This document shows positions 12,531 to 25,549 of a stretch of 64,000 bases of DNA, one piece after another. The notes beneath the pieces were generated by a model. That model was given only the letters and a program-made list of their open reading frames with translations. It was not told the DNA's origin and did no database searches. How positions within the stretch are numbered: position 1 is the stretch's first letter; each line of letters opens with the position of its first letter. Source of the DNA: Chiloscyllium plagiosum (lineage: Eukaryota); the NCBI RefSeq assembly GCF_004010195.1, contig NC_057723.1, forward strand, positions 6,694,781-6,758,780. Direction: 5' to 3'. Position numbers and translations under genes: made by a program.

Positions 12531-14179
12531 TCCCTTAACTTATATCACTGAAGAGGACACGCTATTTGATCATTACCAAATTGCTGCTTGCTGTGCACAA
12601 TCAGGCTGCTATGTTTGCTACATTACAACATTGCCTGCACTTCTAAAGGACTCCATTCACTGTAAAAGTCTGACAGACACCTAGATGTTGGTGAAAACCG
12701 TGTTGGAGAAATGTAACTATCAGCTCATGGACATTTACAACACAGAAGACAGACCATTCGGTCCATCACGTATGTACTGGTTGACAAAGATCTGACTACA
12801 TGAATCCTATTTCCAGCTCGTCGCCCTTTGCCCTTGAGAGTGCAGTTATGCAACTGCATATCTAAATACTTCTTAAATGCAATGAGAATTTCTGACACAA
12901 CCGTCCTTTCAGGCAATGAATTCCAGACTCCCATCACCTCTAGGTTAACTCAGAACCTCCAGCTCGCCTCCTGGCCTTCTACCTTTCTGGTTACTGGTCC
13001 CTCTGCTAATCAAAAAAGTGTTTTCCTATCCACTCTATCCTTGCAGATTATAATCTTATGCACCTCCATCAAGCCCTCTGTCAACATTCACTGCTCTGAA
13101 GAAAACAAGCCCAGTCTACACAATCACTCCTCATGGTTCAGACCATTCAGCCCACACAGCATCCTGAAAGCAGAAGACAGCAGATGCTGGAAATCTGAAA
13201 CCAAACCTTTCCAGCTGTGGGCTATTTCAATGAACCATTGTGCTCCCATTTCCACCCCTGGCATGCTACAGTGTTCTAACAAAGTTCAATGCAAACTGAA
13301 GAGGTAACACCTCATTTTCCACAGAGACACTTTATAGCCTCTAGGACTCAGTACTGAGTTCATCAACTTCAGAACATGGTCTCTGTCCTCCATTGCGATA
13401 ACTGTCTTGCTCTCAACAACAGACCCATTCTCTTACTTTCACACCTAACATTGCACCTATATCTTCCCTTTATCATGCACAGACTAGATGGGCCAAAGGA
13501 TCGCTTTTGGTCTCTGCCCATTGAAGTTGCCATAGTCCTACCAGACCATAGGGCTGCTCTCTCATTAGAGAGAAATGACTGGTGGTGCTTTAACCTGAGG
13601 GTCACCATGCCTCAGGCGAGGGGAGAGGTTGAGAAGGACAGTTCTACATGGTAACCTCAGCCAGTGCCATGTTGTTGACATCACTCTGTATCCAGTCAAT
13701 GGAGCTAATCAACCCCCTAATTCTGACCATTAGTACTCCCGTTGTCTTTTGTTCTGAGGCACCTCACCATCTGTTCCACTCGCTCCTCCTACCCCTCGCT
13801 ATCTGTTCCACTCACTCCTCCTCCCCCTCGCTATCTGTTCCACTCACTCCTCCTCTCTCTCTCAACAATATAGAAATTTCGCTGAAGAAGAATCACACTG
13901 CACTCAAAACGTTAACTCAGTTTCTCTCTCCAAGATGCTGCCAGACTTACTGAGTTTCTCCAGCACTTTGTTTTTATTTCAATGTCCTGATGAACCTCCT
14001 TTGTACCATCTCCAGTGCATTCACATCCAGAACTGTAAACTGTGGTCCAGCTTTGGCCTTACCAGCTCCAACCTAACCTCCCTGTGACTCGGCTAATTCC
14101 ATTTACCTTCTTAACCACCTTTTATTATTATTAATGATTTAATAATATTTTAATACTTCAGTAATTGCAAGAAATCTGG

Positions 14180-14505
14180 ATTCATTCTTGGGATAGTGAC
14201 TGGGTGTACACGTGCTTGTGGTCAAGGGTTTAAATCCCAACATGGCAGATGGTGAAATATGAATTTGGTCAAAATCTGGAATAAAAAGCTAGCCTAATGA
14301 CGACCATGTAACCACTGCTGATCGTTATAAAAAACCATCACCAATGTTCCCTTTAGAGAAGGGGATTTCCTATCTTTACCTGGTCTGGCCTAAATGTGAG
14401 TCCAGACCCACAGCAACGTAGTTGACTGCAATTTTCCTGTGGAGAACTGGAGGTCAGGAAAAAATACTGGATCACGTCAGCAATGCCCCTAACCCATGAA
14501 TGAAA
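14180..14505 (+). mobile_element. SacSINE1/DeuSINE-like SINE
   Basis: ccttacctggtctggcct...tccagacccacagca core, also present at 37310-37665 and 49090-49395. Confidence 0.6.
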
Positions 14506-15124
14506 GTATATGTCTTTAAACAGCCTTCAGGTCTGGGCATGAAGGAAAGACAAAACACGGAGATCAATGGGGCACGGAAGTGGGCCTAAAAATCAAAGAA
14601 ATGTGCATTTTTGTAGCACCCTTCACTGTCTTAGGATGCCCCCAAGATGTTTTACAGCCAATAAAGTACGTTTTTGAATTTAATCACTGTTGCAACATGA
14701 GAAGCAGGAGTTCAAATTGTACACAGCAAGAACCCATAGGCAGTATGGCTGGCTCAGCTTTTTTTCCGCCCATTGATGTCACTTGAAGGATGACTGTTAA
14801 TCCAAGGGAATTGGAAGAAGGGTTTTACCTGACAGGAGCTGTGGGATCCTTTCTTCCACCTGGGAACGTAGACAGCATCTTGACATTAACATCTCACCTG
14901 AGGTAGGCAGATACCTCCGGCAGTTCCAAACTGCCCTGGGGGTGAGGGAGAGCTTGCAGGAGCTACTCCAATCTCTTGGGAGGTAACTGAGCCACTGAGA
15001 AGCCAACACAGTGCCTGCTCCTCAGGCATTGGGTTGGGGATGTTGGCGTTGGCAATGTTTTGATGCAAGGATTGACTCAGGGCTGTGAGTTTCTCTTGTG
15101 GGTCTTCATATGATGGGATCATAG

Positions 15125-15750
15125 GATACAGGAGCAGAATTAGTCCATTCAGCCCATTGGGTTCACTCTGTCATTTGATAATGGCAGATGTTTCTCAACG
15201 CCATCCTCCTGCCTTCTCCCTGTAACTGTCGTTCCCCTTTACCAATCAAGACCCTACCTATCACTGTTTTAAATACACTCAATGAGTTGGCCTCCACAGC
15301 CCTCCGTGGCAATGAGTTCCACAGATTCCCCACCCTCTGGCTGAAGAAATTCCTCCTCATCTCAGTTCTAAAGGGTCCTCCCTTCACTCTGAGGCTGTGC
15401 CCTCGGGTCTAGGTATCTCCTGCCAGTAGAAAGACCTTCTCAAAATGTCCACTCTATCCATGATCTTGTATTCTGTCAGTCTCAGTCAGACCCTGCTCCC
15501 ATCCTTTTAAACTCCATCGAGAATTGACCCAGAAACCTCAATCACTCCTCATGTGACGATCCCTTCATTTCTGGGATCATTGTTATAAATCTCCTCTGGA
15601 TCCCCCTCTCCAAGACCAGCATATCATCCCCTAGATATGGGGCCCAAAATTGCTCACAATATTCCCATTGCAGTCTGACCAGAGCCTTGTATAGCCTTAG
15701 CAGTATATCCTTGCTCTTGTTTCTAGCCCTCTTGAAATAAATGCTGACAG
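15125..15750 (-). mobile_element. CR1 LINE 3' fragment
   Basis: LLRLYKALVR...EYCEQFWAPY and MRRNFFSQRVGNLWNSLP remnants. Confidence 0.85.
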
Positions 15751-16127
15751 GATACCCCAAATCGTTCAGCCTCTGGGTGAAGGAGGATGAAGTCGCTCCT
15801 TGACTTCTTTCCTTGGATGGTTTCAACAAGAGTAATTTAAAACAGATCCTTTTCTTCCTGGTTACCTTGCTCCCAGACCAGATGAATTTTGGTTTGGAAA
15901 AGGAGCCAACAAAACCAGGCTTTGAGATAATAAAAGAATGTGTTTATTAATTATTAAGTCTGAGTGCAACTTTGTTTGATGCGGGGCCTTGGGGGCTCTG
16001 TGCACATGATCTTGACGGGTTGGTGGTCAGCTGTGGGTAAGCAGAGGGCGGTTAGTGTGTGGAATGAGCTTTCTGAGGAAGTGGTGGATGTGGGTACAAT
16101 TACAATGTTTAAAAGACGGATGGATAC

Positions 16128-16464
16128 GGGTTTGGTACATTTTGGCGCAGCTGTTTGGGTGCCGGCGTTTTGGCACGGCCATTTGGGCGCCAAACTTAGT
16201 TGCACCAGCCCATTTGGCAACGGACATTAAGGCACTAAGAACATTTCTTTATATGTAAATCTGTCTGTATGGACAGCTTTGGTGTAACAAAATTTAATGT
16301 TTTTATTTTTCAATAAAGTTACAGTTTTAAAACTTTTCAAAGTTCTACCTTTGAGTGATGATGAATCAATCAACCTTTTTTTCCTAGCACCAAAATGTCT
16401 GTCACCAAATGGGCTGCGCCCAAACGGCCATGCCAAAACGCTGGCACCCAAATGGCTCATACTC
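16128..16464. mobile_element. Non-autonomous fold-back element with GC-rich subterminal inverted repeats
   Basis: tttgggtgccggcgttttggcacggccatttgggcgc (16154-16190) is the near reverse complement of 16416-16452; second IR pair about 16207-16241 / 16381-16415; AT-rich centre. Confidence 0.65.
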
Positions 16465-17856
16465 TACAGTCACGGGTCCAACCAGGCAGTTGGTAGAACG
16501 AACCTTTAGTGAATTAGTCATAGAGATGTACAGCATGGAAACAGACCCTTTGGTCCAGAAGGTAAAGCTAGTCTCAGTGATTGTGCCCACTAAACCATCA
16601 TCGATGGCTGTAGAGACCCCATCTGGTTCATTAATGTCTTTCAAGGAAGGAAATCTGTCATCACTACCCAGTCTGGCCTAATGTGATTTTTAAAAAATGT
16701 GGTTGACCCTTAACTGCCCTCTGAAGTGGCCAAGCAACTTCAGGGGGCAAATCGGGACGGGCAACAAAGGATGACCCTGCCAGAAGTGTCCACGTCCTGT
16801 CAAAGAATAAGGAATTAAAAGTATCAGTGAGAGGTTTGGGAGGCATGGTGGAGAGAGAGGGATGGAACTTAGAAAGGGAAGCGACAGAACCGGAGAGAGT
16901 TATAAAACCAGAGAGAGAGTGTGAGCTGTGCCAAGCGAATGTACTGAGCTTGTTTGCTTGCACACACTGCTGATAACACTTATCTTAAACAGTTGCCACC
17001 AAATGGAAGTCAGAATGTTTATATCCTCTGTTTGTTTTGTCACTGCCTCAAGAACTTAACTTGTGGGGAAAAAAAGTCATTTCCTGATACAGTCTTCCTT
17101 ATTAGAGGCTGTAAACAACAGGATGACAATTGCAGGCAGTATCTCATTCAGGAACAACCAGGTGCCTGACTGTCTCCTATATTGTCTAACTACAGGCCTG
17201 GCTCATGAAATTATGGTCCAGTTTTGGCTGGTTTAGTGCCTGACTGTGTTTATTAGATTACAGATGAATTAGGTCAGGTTGATCTGTGTGCGTCACCGAA
17301 ATATTTCTGCATTTCAAGCTGGAAAACATGCCAAAGCAAAACTCTGATTTACCGCACTGGAGAGGTTTTAGTCTCCACTCTCATGACATTGGTTTCCTGA
17401 CATGCCCATATACCCTCCAAAGAAATATCTGTAAAATAACATTATCAAAAAGGACCTGGCTAGGGAATAATTTGGAGATTTGGTGGTGTAGTGGTCCCTG
17501 GAAAAACCGGGAACATGAGTTCAAATCCCAGCCACAGCAGCTGGTGAAGTTTAAATTTGAATAATTAATCTGAAATGGAAGTGGTAGTCTCACTAATGGT
17601 GACTATTGCTATTCAATTCCCATCTCATTCACTAATGTCATGCAGAGAAAGGCCATTCAGCCCATCGAGTCCACAGTGGCCCTCCAATGAGCTTCTCACC
17701 CATACACAGACCCTAACCCTATTCCGGTAACCCTGCATTTCCCATGGCCACCCCACCTAGCATGCACATCCCTGGATATTATGGACAATTTACCATGGCC
17801 AATTCACCTAACCTGCACATTGTTGTCCTTCAGGGAGGGAAACCGACTGTCCTATA

Positions 17857-18054
17857 CAGTCTAGACAAGCAGGAGGCTAGGAGAACAGAGCAAGCATCAG
17901 GAAGTGGAGAAGTCAATGTTTCGAGTATAACCCACCCCCAGTCCTGAAGAAGGGTTACACCCGAAACATTGACTTCTCCACCTCCGGCTGCTGCCTGGCT
18001 TGCTGTGTTCTCCCAGCCCCATGCTTGTCTACTTTGGATTCCAGCATTTGACTC
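17857..18054. mobile_element. Penelope pLTR-derived fold-back insertion with hammerhead-like core
   Basis: Arms tggagaagtcaatgtttcg / cgaaacattgacttctcca; CTGAAGA-AGGGTTACACCC-GAAAC; flanking gtcctata repeat at 17849-17856 and 18055-18062. Confidence 0.7.
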
Positions 18055-18790
18055 GTCCTATATGGTCTGGTATGGATCTGTCTCAAATATGACACTTCCA
18101 CTATCATGTGAGTGGCCTAGAGCTGTTCTCTGCGATGGCCTTGGCAGCGGCTAGGTTCAAGGGCAGTAAAGGGGGTGGGTAATAAACTGCAGTCTTACCA
18201 AACATCACATGATGTGGCAAAGTTTAAACAAAACCCCAGGGTTTGTTTTCCTTGGAGAAAGAGATTTGATCGAGGTGCCAAGTTTACATAACGTGGGCAA
18301 AGAGAAGTTGCTTCATTAGCTGAGGAGATAAGGACTAGGGGACATGAATTAATGCGTTGTGCAAGAGCTTCGGGGTGGGAATTGAGAGGATGGATTTCTT
18401 TAAACACTGAGCTGTATGACCTGGGATCCCCTGCCCCTGAGGGTACTGCAGGAGATGTTTAACAATGTCTACAGGAAAGTGGATGGGTACTTGAGGACAA
18501 CAAACTCATTGGCCTGAGGAGATGGGACAGACTGGACCGCTCTACACATATGGACTCGATGGGCTGAGTGGCCTCCTCCTCTGTCTTTAATGACTCAATG
18601 ATAACTGCTGCAACATTTTATACTGAGACACATAGGAAGAGGTTCAGGCGATGAGCAAAAACTCAACGAAAGAGGTAGATTTTAAAGGAGGTTCCTAATG
18701 TGACAGAGTCAGAGACAGAGAGATTAGGGAAGACTTCACATCTGAGGCACAACCCCTGATGGTAGATTCATCCCAGAGACTCATTGGAGT

Positions 18791-18820
<30 letters not shown>
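18791..18820. repeat. (AGC)10 microsatellite in GPX3 intron 1
   Basis: Direct reading. Confidence 0.95.
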
Positions 18821-18822
<2 letters not shown>

Positions 18823-19161
18823 TCTCAGACTTGTAGCACTGGAATCCTCTTCAGGGGTTTGGAAACAAGGATAAAAATTTTAAAATCAAGGTGTTGGCTG
18901 GTCAGGAAGCCAGTCTATGTATGTCAGTGAGCACAGGGCTGATAGGTGCACAGAGCCTGGTATGAGAATGGGAGGTGGGCAGTTGAGGTTTAGATCACCT
19001 TAATTTAGAATAGAATTAGGCTTATTATTAACTCAAGTTACACAAGAACAGGAGTACAGTAAAAAGTGTACAATGTCACCAACACGCTGTCATTTAAGGT
19101 ACAAATCTTAGCTACAAGAAAAAGAGAAGCGAAATGTTACACTACATTTCAGGTATACATA

Positions 19162-19389
19162 CAGATCGTTCTTCTATAACATGACAATTGTGTTCCTCTG
19201 TAACATTGTGCTATAGAAAATCGCGCTCAGGAAATTGCTATAGAAAATCGCCTTGTAGAAGATCGCTAACTAAAAGTAGCTATACCCGTTCGGTAGAAAG
19301 TTTGCGTTATCTAAGCAACATCCACAATTCATCAATTGCGTTATAGCCAATTCGTGCTGACGAACCGCGTGTTATAGCAGAACGACCTG
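19162..19389. mobile_element. Tc1/mariner (Tigger-like) MITE
   Basis: TA|CAGATCGTTCTTCTATAACA ... TGTTATAGCAGAACGACCTG|TA; 18/20 TIR match and TA TSD. Confidence 0.85.
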
Positions 19390-20654
19390 TAGGCTAAGTT
19401 AGGAAGGTAAGAAATAAAGATAAAAGGATAGAAATGACAGCCTTTCTACAGATGGTGTAAATCAGGAGGTGGCCAGGGAGCATTGGATATTCAGATCTGA
19501 GGGTTGTAACGATGTGGCTGAGTGGTTTATCGAATAGGGACAGCAATGTACTGCATTGTGGAGGTAAACATTTGCCGTCTTGGCAATGGAGGGCATCACT
19601 AATAGTTAATACCAACTTTTCTGGCCTTCCAACTGAAATACTGAGTCTTTGTTGACAACCAGCAGATCATTTTGTTTCATTTATTCACAGATTGTAGGTT
19701 CACTGGATTGGATCCGCATCTATTGCCCATCCCTAATTGGTCAGAGTGGTCTGGAGTTACAGGTAAAGGCAGGCGTTTCCTCCCCTAAAGGACTTTAGCG
19801 AACCAGACTCTCTGGACAATTGACTCTTAAGTTCAATTTGTTTTTGTTGATCTGAAATTCCACCATCGGCTGTGGCAGGATCTGAACCACAGCATTAGCA
19901 GGGTCTCAGGATTAAGAGTCTAGCGACAACACCATCCCTCCCTTAAATACTCATGTGCCTCTAATGGTGTGTTAAAGAGGAACAGAGGAATGAATTAGAA
20001 ATAATAAGCACCATGACACTCCTGCCTCGTACCAATGCGGAGTATTTATCAAATAACAGAAGCTGTTGAACGAAAGGATATGGAGATGGTGGGTGAATGG
20101 GGCAAAAAGTATCCACAAGAATGGACCAGATCCAAAAGGTTACGGCTTCCAGGAACAGGCTAAAGATTTTTAAATAAAATTATGAAAATGTAGACCTAGA
20201 AAAAATAACGTTTCCATTGACAGGGAGACAAAAGCAAAGAGCTACAAAGAAAAATTATCCAATCAGGAATTCATAAACAAGGTTTTGATGTAAGCTCTTT
20301 AGAATGTGGAACTCGATACTGCAGGGTGTGGTTGAGGTGTACAATGTAGGTCTAATTAAAGAGAGGTTAGACATACGTTTGAGTGAGAAAGGAATAGGAG
20401 GCTGTGCTGTTGGTGTGGGACAAAGAAACAACACGGGAGGAGGGTCCTGAAAGAACAAGCCCCAGCATTGACCGGCTGGGCCCACTGGGAGCAGTGGGTG
20501 AGCCAGGAAAAGAGTTCTGTGGACATACTGTTCTCCTGTCAATAATGCTGTCTGTCCTCAGTTCTGAGGACGTGAAAGTAACTATAAACAGGGAATAGAA
20601 AATCGGGGAGGGTTGTAACAACTATTGGTGTGGCGTGGGAGGGATGGGAAATTG

Positions 20655-21175
20655 GAGCTATACAGCACGTAAACAGACCGTTCGGTCCAACTCATTTAAG
20701 CTGACCAGGGTTTCCCAAACTAAACTAGTCCCGCTTGCCTGGGTTTGGCCTGTATCCTTCTAAACTTTTCGTTTTCATGTACCTGTCCAAATGTCTTTAA
20801 TTGTTATTGCATCTACCACTTCCTTCGGCAGTTCATTCCACACAAGAACCACCCTCTGTGTGAAAAATTCACCTCCCCCGGGTTCCTTTTAAATCTTTCT
20901 CCTCCCACATTAAAAATATGTCCCCTCAATTTGAACGCTCCTAACCTAGGGAAAAGACCTTTGCTATTCACTTTTTTTATGCCCCTCGTGGTTTTATTAA
21001 CCACAACAAGGTCACCCCTCCTATGCACCAGTGAAAAAAGTCCCAGCCTATCCAACCTGTCTTTATAACTCAACCACTCCAGTCCTCGTAATATCCTGGT
21101 AAATGTTTTACGCACCCTCTTCAATTTAATGATAACCTTCCTACAGCAGGGCCACCAGAACTGTACACAGTACAC
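20655..21175 (-). mobile_element. CR1 LINE 3' fragment
   Basis: YCVQFW...RLDRLGLFSL...RGHIF remnant. Confidence 0.85.
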
Positions 21176-21230
21176 CAAAAGGAGGGCAAAATGTTATTCT
21201 GCACAATAACACTCTCTGACAAATAAACCG

Positions 21231-21540
21231 TGGGTGGCACGGTGGCATAGTGGTTAGCACTGCTGCCTCACAGCGCCAGAGACCCGGGTTCAATTCCCGC
21301 CTCAGACGACTGACTGTGTGGAGTTTGCACGTTCTCCCCGTGTCTGTGTGGGTTTGCTTCAGGTGCTCCGGTTTCCTCCCACAGTCCAAAGATGTGCAGG
21401 CCAGGTGAATTGGCCATGTTAAATTGCCCGTAGTGTTAGGTGAGGGGTAAATGTAGGGAAGTGGGTGGGTTGTGCTTCGACAGGTCGGTGTGGACTTGTT
21501 GGGCCGAAGGGCCTGTTTCCACACTGTAAGTAATCTAAAA
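21231..21540 (+). mobile_element. HE1 SINE, full length
   Basis: A/B-box head (tggcatagtggttagc / gggttcaattccc), central domain, gggccgaagggcctgtttccacactgt tail. Confidence 0.9.
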
Positions 21541-22292
21541 AAAAACCAGTTAGTCACACAATAAGATAGACTGAAGCTGGTGTTCACAGGCACATCAACT
21601 CACTGACTGGCACCTGTTGGTAAGGGTTTCATGTATCAGGACATCTGTACTGTTAAATCAAACATCAAATCTCACACCCAATCCCTCTCTGGCATCTCGG
21701 CTGGCACACACACGATGGGCAGAGTGTCCTCCTTTCGTGCCCTGATTTTTTTTCTAAATACCTATACAAGGGCAAATGCATGGGGATGCAGTGGGTGGGG
21801 AGGGCCAGTATGTGGGTAGTTCCACAGGAGAGTCATCACACACACACACAATAAGCCAAGCGACACTCTCCTGCACCGTGATGATTCAGTGGTACAATAA
21901 AAGGTCACTTTGACTGGGAGCTGGGAAGGAAACTGGATTTTGAGATATATTTTGAAGTGGCCGTGAGTTGGAGGGCAAGACGTGGAGAGGGAGACTAGCC
22001 TGGTCCAAAAAGGCAGGGGCTGAAAACCAAAACACAAGAAACCGTTTGTATTCCCTGTTAAGATTAAGTTATTAATTAAAAGCATAGACACATATTCCTA
22101 GTGAATCCAGAATAAAAGATTAGGGTCTAACCTGACAAAATATTAATGAGCCATAATGAAATTTAAGATAGAAATAAACATAGAACTGAAATGACAGATG
22201 AGGCATATTTAATTGATAAAAACTGTTGCTTTCAGTTGCTGTGAAGGTTAATAAAACTCGCTCTTCAGTGCCTGGTTAAAAACCACCTTTAC

Positions 22293-22364
22293 CTGGCTAG
22301 CTCCTGCCTGTATCCAGCCCAGCAGGAGCGACAGCAGGAGCCCATACTTGTTCAAGGTGCCCAT
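22293..22364 (-). CDS. GPX3: Glutathione peroxidase 3-like, coding exon 1 (signal peptide MGTLNKYGLLLSLLLGWIQAGASQ)
   Basis: ATG in strong Kozak context (ATAATGG), hydrophobic 24-aa signal-peptide-like sequence, phase-0 donor CAG|GTAAAG matching the phase-0 start of exon 2; promoter motifs immediately upstream. Confidence 0.85.
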
Positions 22365-22384
22365 TATGGAAGCAGGACAGTCAT
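22364..22384 (-). other. 6-codon uORF (MTVLLP*) whose TAA overlaps the GPX3 ATG
   Basis: ATG ACT GTC CTG CTT CCA TAA with TAATG overlap; lies between the TATA-like box and the main ATG. Confidence 0.55.
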
Positions 22385-22447
22385 CTCCCAGTCAGTGGCT
22401 CGGACTCAGTCACTCAGGACTCAGAATCGTTTGAACAAACATTGTCC

Positions 22448-22495
22448 TATTTAAGCACAGAGCAAAGTGAGTCAGGGCAGGAGACAGCCAATCAG
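22448..22495 (-). promoter_or_regulatory. Putative GPX3 core promoter (TATA-like TTAAATA, AP-1 TGACTCA, NF-Y CCAAT box)
   Basis: TTAAATA at 22454-22448, TGACTCA at 22474-22468, AGCCAATCAG around 22486-22495, in promoter order about 85-130 bp upstream of the ATG. Confidence 0.6.
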
Positions 22496-22694
22496 AAACA
22501 CACGGGTTATGTGTTTGTCTTTGTGTTTGATGTAACCCTTTCAATGCAGAATTAGTGAGCCCCCACGGCAGTGCTTTCAAATCAGATGTGTCAAAACACA
22601 CCATAAAACACATGTGAATACTGACAAACATCCAGGGCACCACTATAAATGCTGGCACACTCCCCAGGACGCCCTGTCAATTCTGCCACACCCC

Positions 22695-22714
22695 NNNNNN
22701 NNNNNNNNNNNNNN
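22695..22714. other. Assembly gap (20 N) within a degenerate taaatactgacacactcccc minisatellite
   Basis: N run flanked by related short units (about 22615-22890). Confidence 0.9.
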
Positions 22715-22920
22715 TAAATACTGACACACTCCCCTCACACCTCGCCCCCATGGCCCCTCCCTGTAAATACTGACACACTACCCAGGGACCCTTGGGGAGC
22801 CCTGTAAACATTGACATGTTCTCTGGAAGACTTACTTAAAGCTAACACACTCTTTGTGGTCCCCAGCAATATCAGCACACTCCCTGGGCCCTCAGTTTCT
22901 GCTGATTCACTGCCCAGCTT

Positions 22921-23105
22921 CCCTCAGTTTCTGCTGAAACACTGCCCAGCTTCCTTGGTAAAAAGAGAGACCACTCCCTGGGCCCTCAGTTTCTGCTGAA
23001 ACACTGCCCAGCTCCCTTGGTAAAAAGAGAGACCACTCCCTGGGCCCTCAGTTTCTGCTGATACACTGCCCAGCTCCCTGGTAAAAAGAGAGACCACTCA
23101 CTGGG
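22921..23105. repeat. Tandem repeat, 3 x 62 bp
   Basis: Units start at 22921, 22983 and 23045 (ccctcagtttctgctga...). Confidence 0.9.
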
Positions 23106-23332
23106 TCCCCCAATAAAGATGGAGATACTCCCCTGGTGTCAGAGTAAATATGGACACAACAGATCGCGAATCTATAAGAGAGAAACAGTTAATATTTGAA
23201 TTGAGGTCATCTTTCATTCTGATAAAGGGTCATTCTGACCTGAAATGTGTACAGGTATTCTGTTTCTCTCTCTAAGGTTATTGTCTTGACATATAGAGTA
23301 TTTTAAGCACTTTTTGATTTTCTTACTGTTAT

Positions 23333-23622
23333 GATCCGAGCTGGGAATACGGGATATGTCAGATCCCAGCTGGGAAAACCGGACATGTCAAATCCAAGCT
23401 GGGAATATGGAACTTGTCAAATCCCAGTTGGGAAAACGGGACATATCAGATCCAAACTGGGAAAACAGGACATGTTAGATTCAAGCTGGGAATACGGAAC
23501 ATGTCAGATCCCAGTTGGGAAAGTGGGACATGACAAATCCAAGTTGTGAAAATGGGACATGTCAGATCCCAGTTGGGAAAATGGGTCATATCAAATCCGA
23601 GCTGGGAATACGGGACATGTCA
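23333..23622. repeat. Minisatellite, 10 x 29 bp (gatcccagctgggaaaacgggacatgtca)
   Basis: Direct reading; units diverged; possibly at the end of an LTR-like element (tgttatg at about 23327). Confidence 0.9.
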
Positions 23623-25549
23623 GTTTGCAGTATGAGACCTGCTTGATATATCATAAGTTCAGTTTTTGCCATTGATTCACTTTAGTCGTTAATCACTGAA
23701 CGCATGCACAGGAAGCTGAAAGTGTTCTTTAATGAAATAACATAAATCTACTTTGCAACAGAGAAAAGGCTCCATATATTACATTTATTAAAAACCTTAA
23801 CATAAACAACAAAACAAAGCTTCAGCAATAGTGTTTGGAGATACTCAATCCCAAGGAAATTTCATTCCTATCTCAATGCTTCAATATTATTTAAACTGAC
23901 TATTTCTAGTTCTCCTTCTTGGATGGTTGATGTATTTCTTTCCAGTCTGATGGCCTGAGCCTCCTTTAGCACTGATAACTCTAATGCTTCTGTACAAACC
24001 CTCACAGCTTGGACATTTCTCAACCTGAAATTGTTCCACTAGGAGGAAACTTCTGAACTGAAATTCTGATTCTCATGAACTGAAATCAAACTAAAGTAAT
24101 TGCCCTCAACCAGCCTGTCGCAAATGCAGCAGTTTAAATATTTCATCAATTAATGACCATAATTTACCTGTTAATTTGTGTTTAACTCATATTAATTCTG
24201 CATGTTAAAGTAGAGATTGATAGATAGCAAAAAAAATTGCTTTATTGATTCACGTAGAGGATGAAGTTTCCTGTTTTAAGGTGTGGAATCTTGCAGCTTT
24301 GTTCTTTTAGTGAATGGACCAGTTTTGGTCATCACGGACCAGTTTGGGCCAAAGGGTCTGTCTCTGTGCTGTAGGACTCTATGACGCTAACATCATGGGT
24401 ATCCTGACAGACATTTAACTAAATCATATGATGCTTTAAACGTTACAAGTGACTTTTTGGCCTCTTTAATAAAAATTACTTTCACAGAACTAAAATCAAA
24501 ACTTATCTGACTCTATTTTTAAAATTCAAATTCTCGGTAATATCTTAAACAGCTTTATTACATCACAGTGAATGTTTCCTGTTCTTCAAAGGTCATTTTA
24601 CTCCTTCCTCCTTGCAAATGCTGTGCCTTTCCCCTTGTACTCCACCACTCCAAAGCTATTAAAACCTTCCCCAACCCACCGAAACAGTGTCTTATACCAT
24701 CTAGGAGGACAATAGCAGCAGATACATGGGAACATCATCACTGGCAACTTCCCCTCCAAGCTGCTCGACATCCTGACTGGGAAATATATCATCGTTCCAT
24801 CCGTATCACTGAGTCAAAGACTTCCCTTCCTAACAGCACCCTGACTGCAGCGCTTCATGAAGGCAGCTCACCACTCCTTCTCAATTAGAGATTGACAATA
24901 AACAGTGCAAGTTACAGCCTGACGATGATTTTATTTCACAAAATATCTACCTGTGGTGAAGCCTGTGGCTAGTAGACCGGACTGGCCCAGGGCAATATGA
25001 AGTACTGGGTTAGTTTTCTCACCGTGAGCCCCAACATGTATTTAGGAATTACCTGGAAAGACAAAAGGAAACATGAATGTGAACTGCAACACACCATCAA
25101 ATACAAACTTTAAGAACTTGCTTTCGTTGGAACGTCAATGGCTGGGCTAACATTTATTGTCCATTTCTAATGGCCCTTGAGAAAATGGGGTTAGCTGCCT
25201 CCTGAAGCACTGCAGTGCATTGGGGTCAGGTCCTCCTGTCCGGAAGAGAGTTTTAGGATTTTGACTTGGCGACAGGAAAGGAACAACTGATATGGAACTG
25301 AGAAGGGATTTCTTCTCTCAGATGGTGGTGAACCTTAGGAATTTTCTGCTCAGAAGTCTCTGGAGGCTAAATCAGTGTTAGTTCAAGATAGATTGACAGA
25401 TGTGGAGCTGGAAGAGCACAGCATCGGAGGAGCAGGAGGGTCAATGTTTCGGGTCCTGACCTGCTGGGCTCTTCCAGCAGCGGCAGTCCTTACTATCTCC
25501 AGATTGATACATCATAGTTGCCACAGATGTCAAGGGATATGGGATGGTC

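Noticed and set aside
14886-15122. Minus-strand ORF with phase-0 donor CAG|GTGAGA as GPX3 exon 1
   Set aside because: No signal-peptide character or promoter motifs; 22293-22364 fits far better. It cannot be excluded as a minor alternative exon
18781-18840. (CTG)n poly-Leu on the minus strand as a signal-peptide exon
   Set aside because: Followed directly by CAA TGA stop with no donor; simple microsatellite
21231-21310. tRNA gene at the HE1 SINE head (and other copies)
   Set aside because: A/B boxes continue into SINE body and LINE-derived tail; tRNA-derived SINE, not a tRNA
22460-22476. Antioxidant response element in the GPX3 promoter
   Set aside because: TGACTCA is present but is followed by CT, not the GC needed for TGACnnnGC; only an AP-1 site is supported
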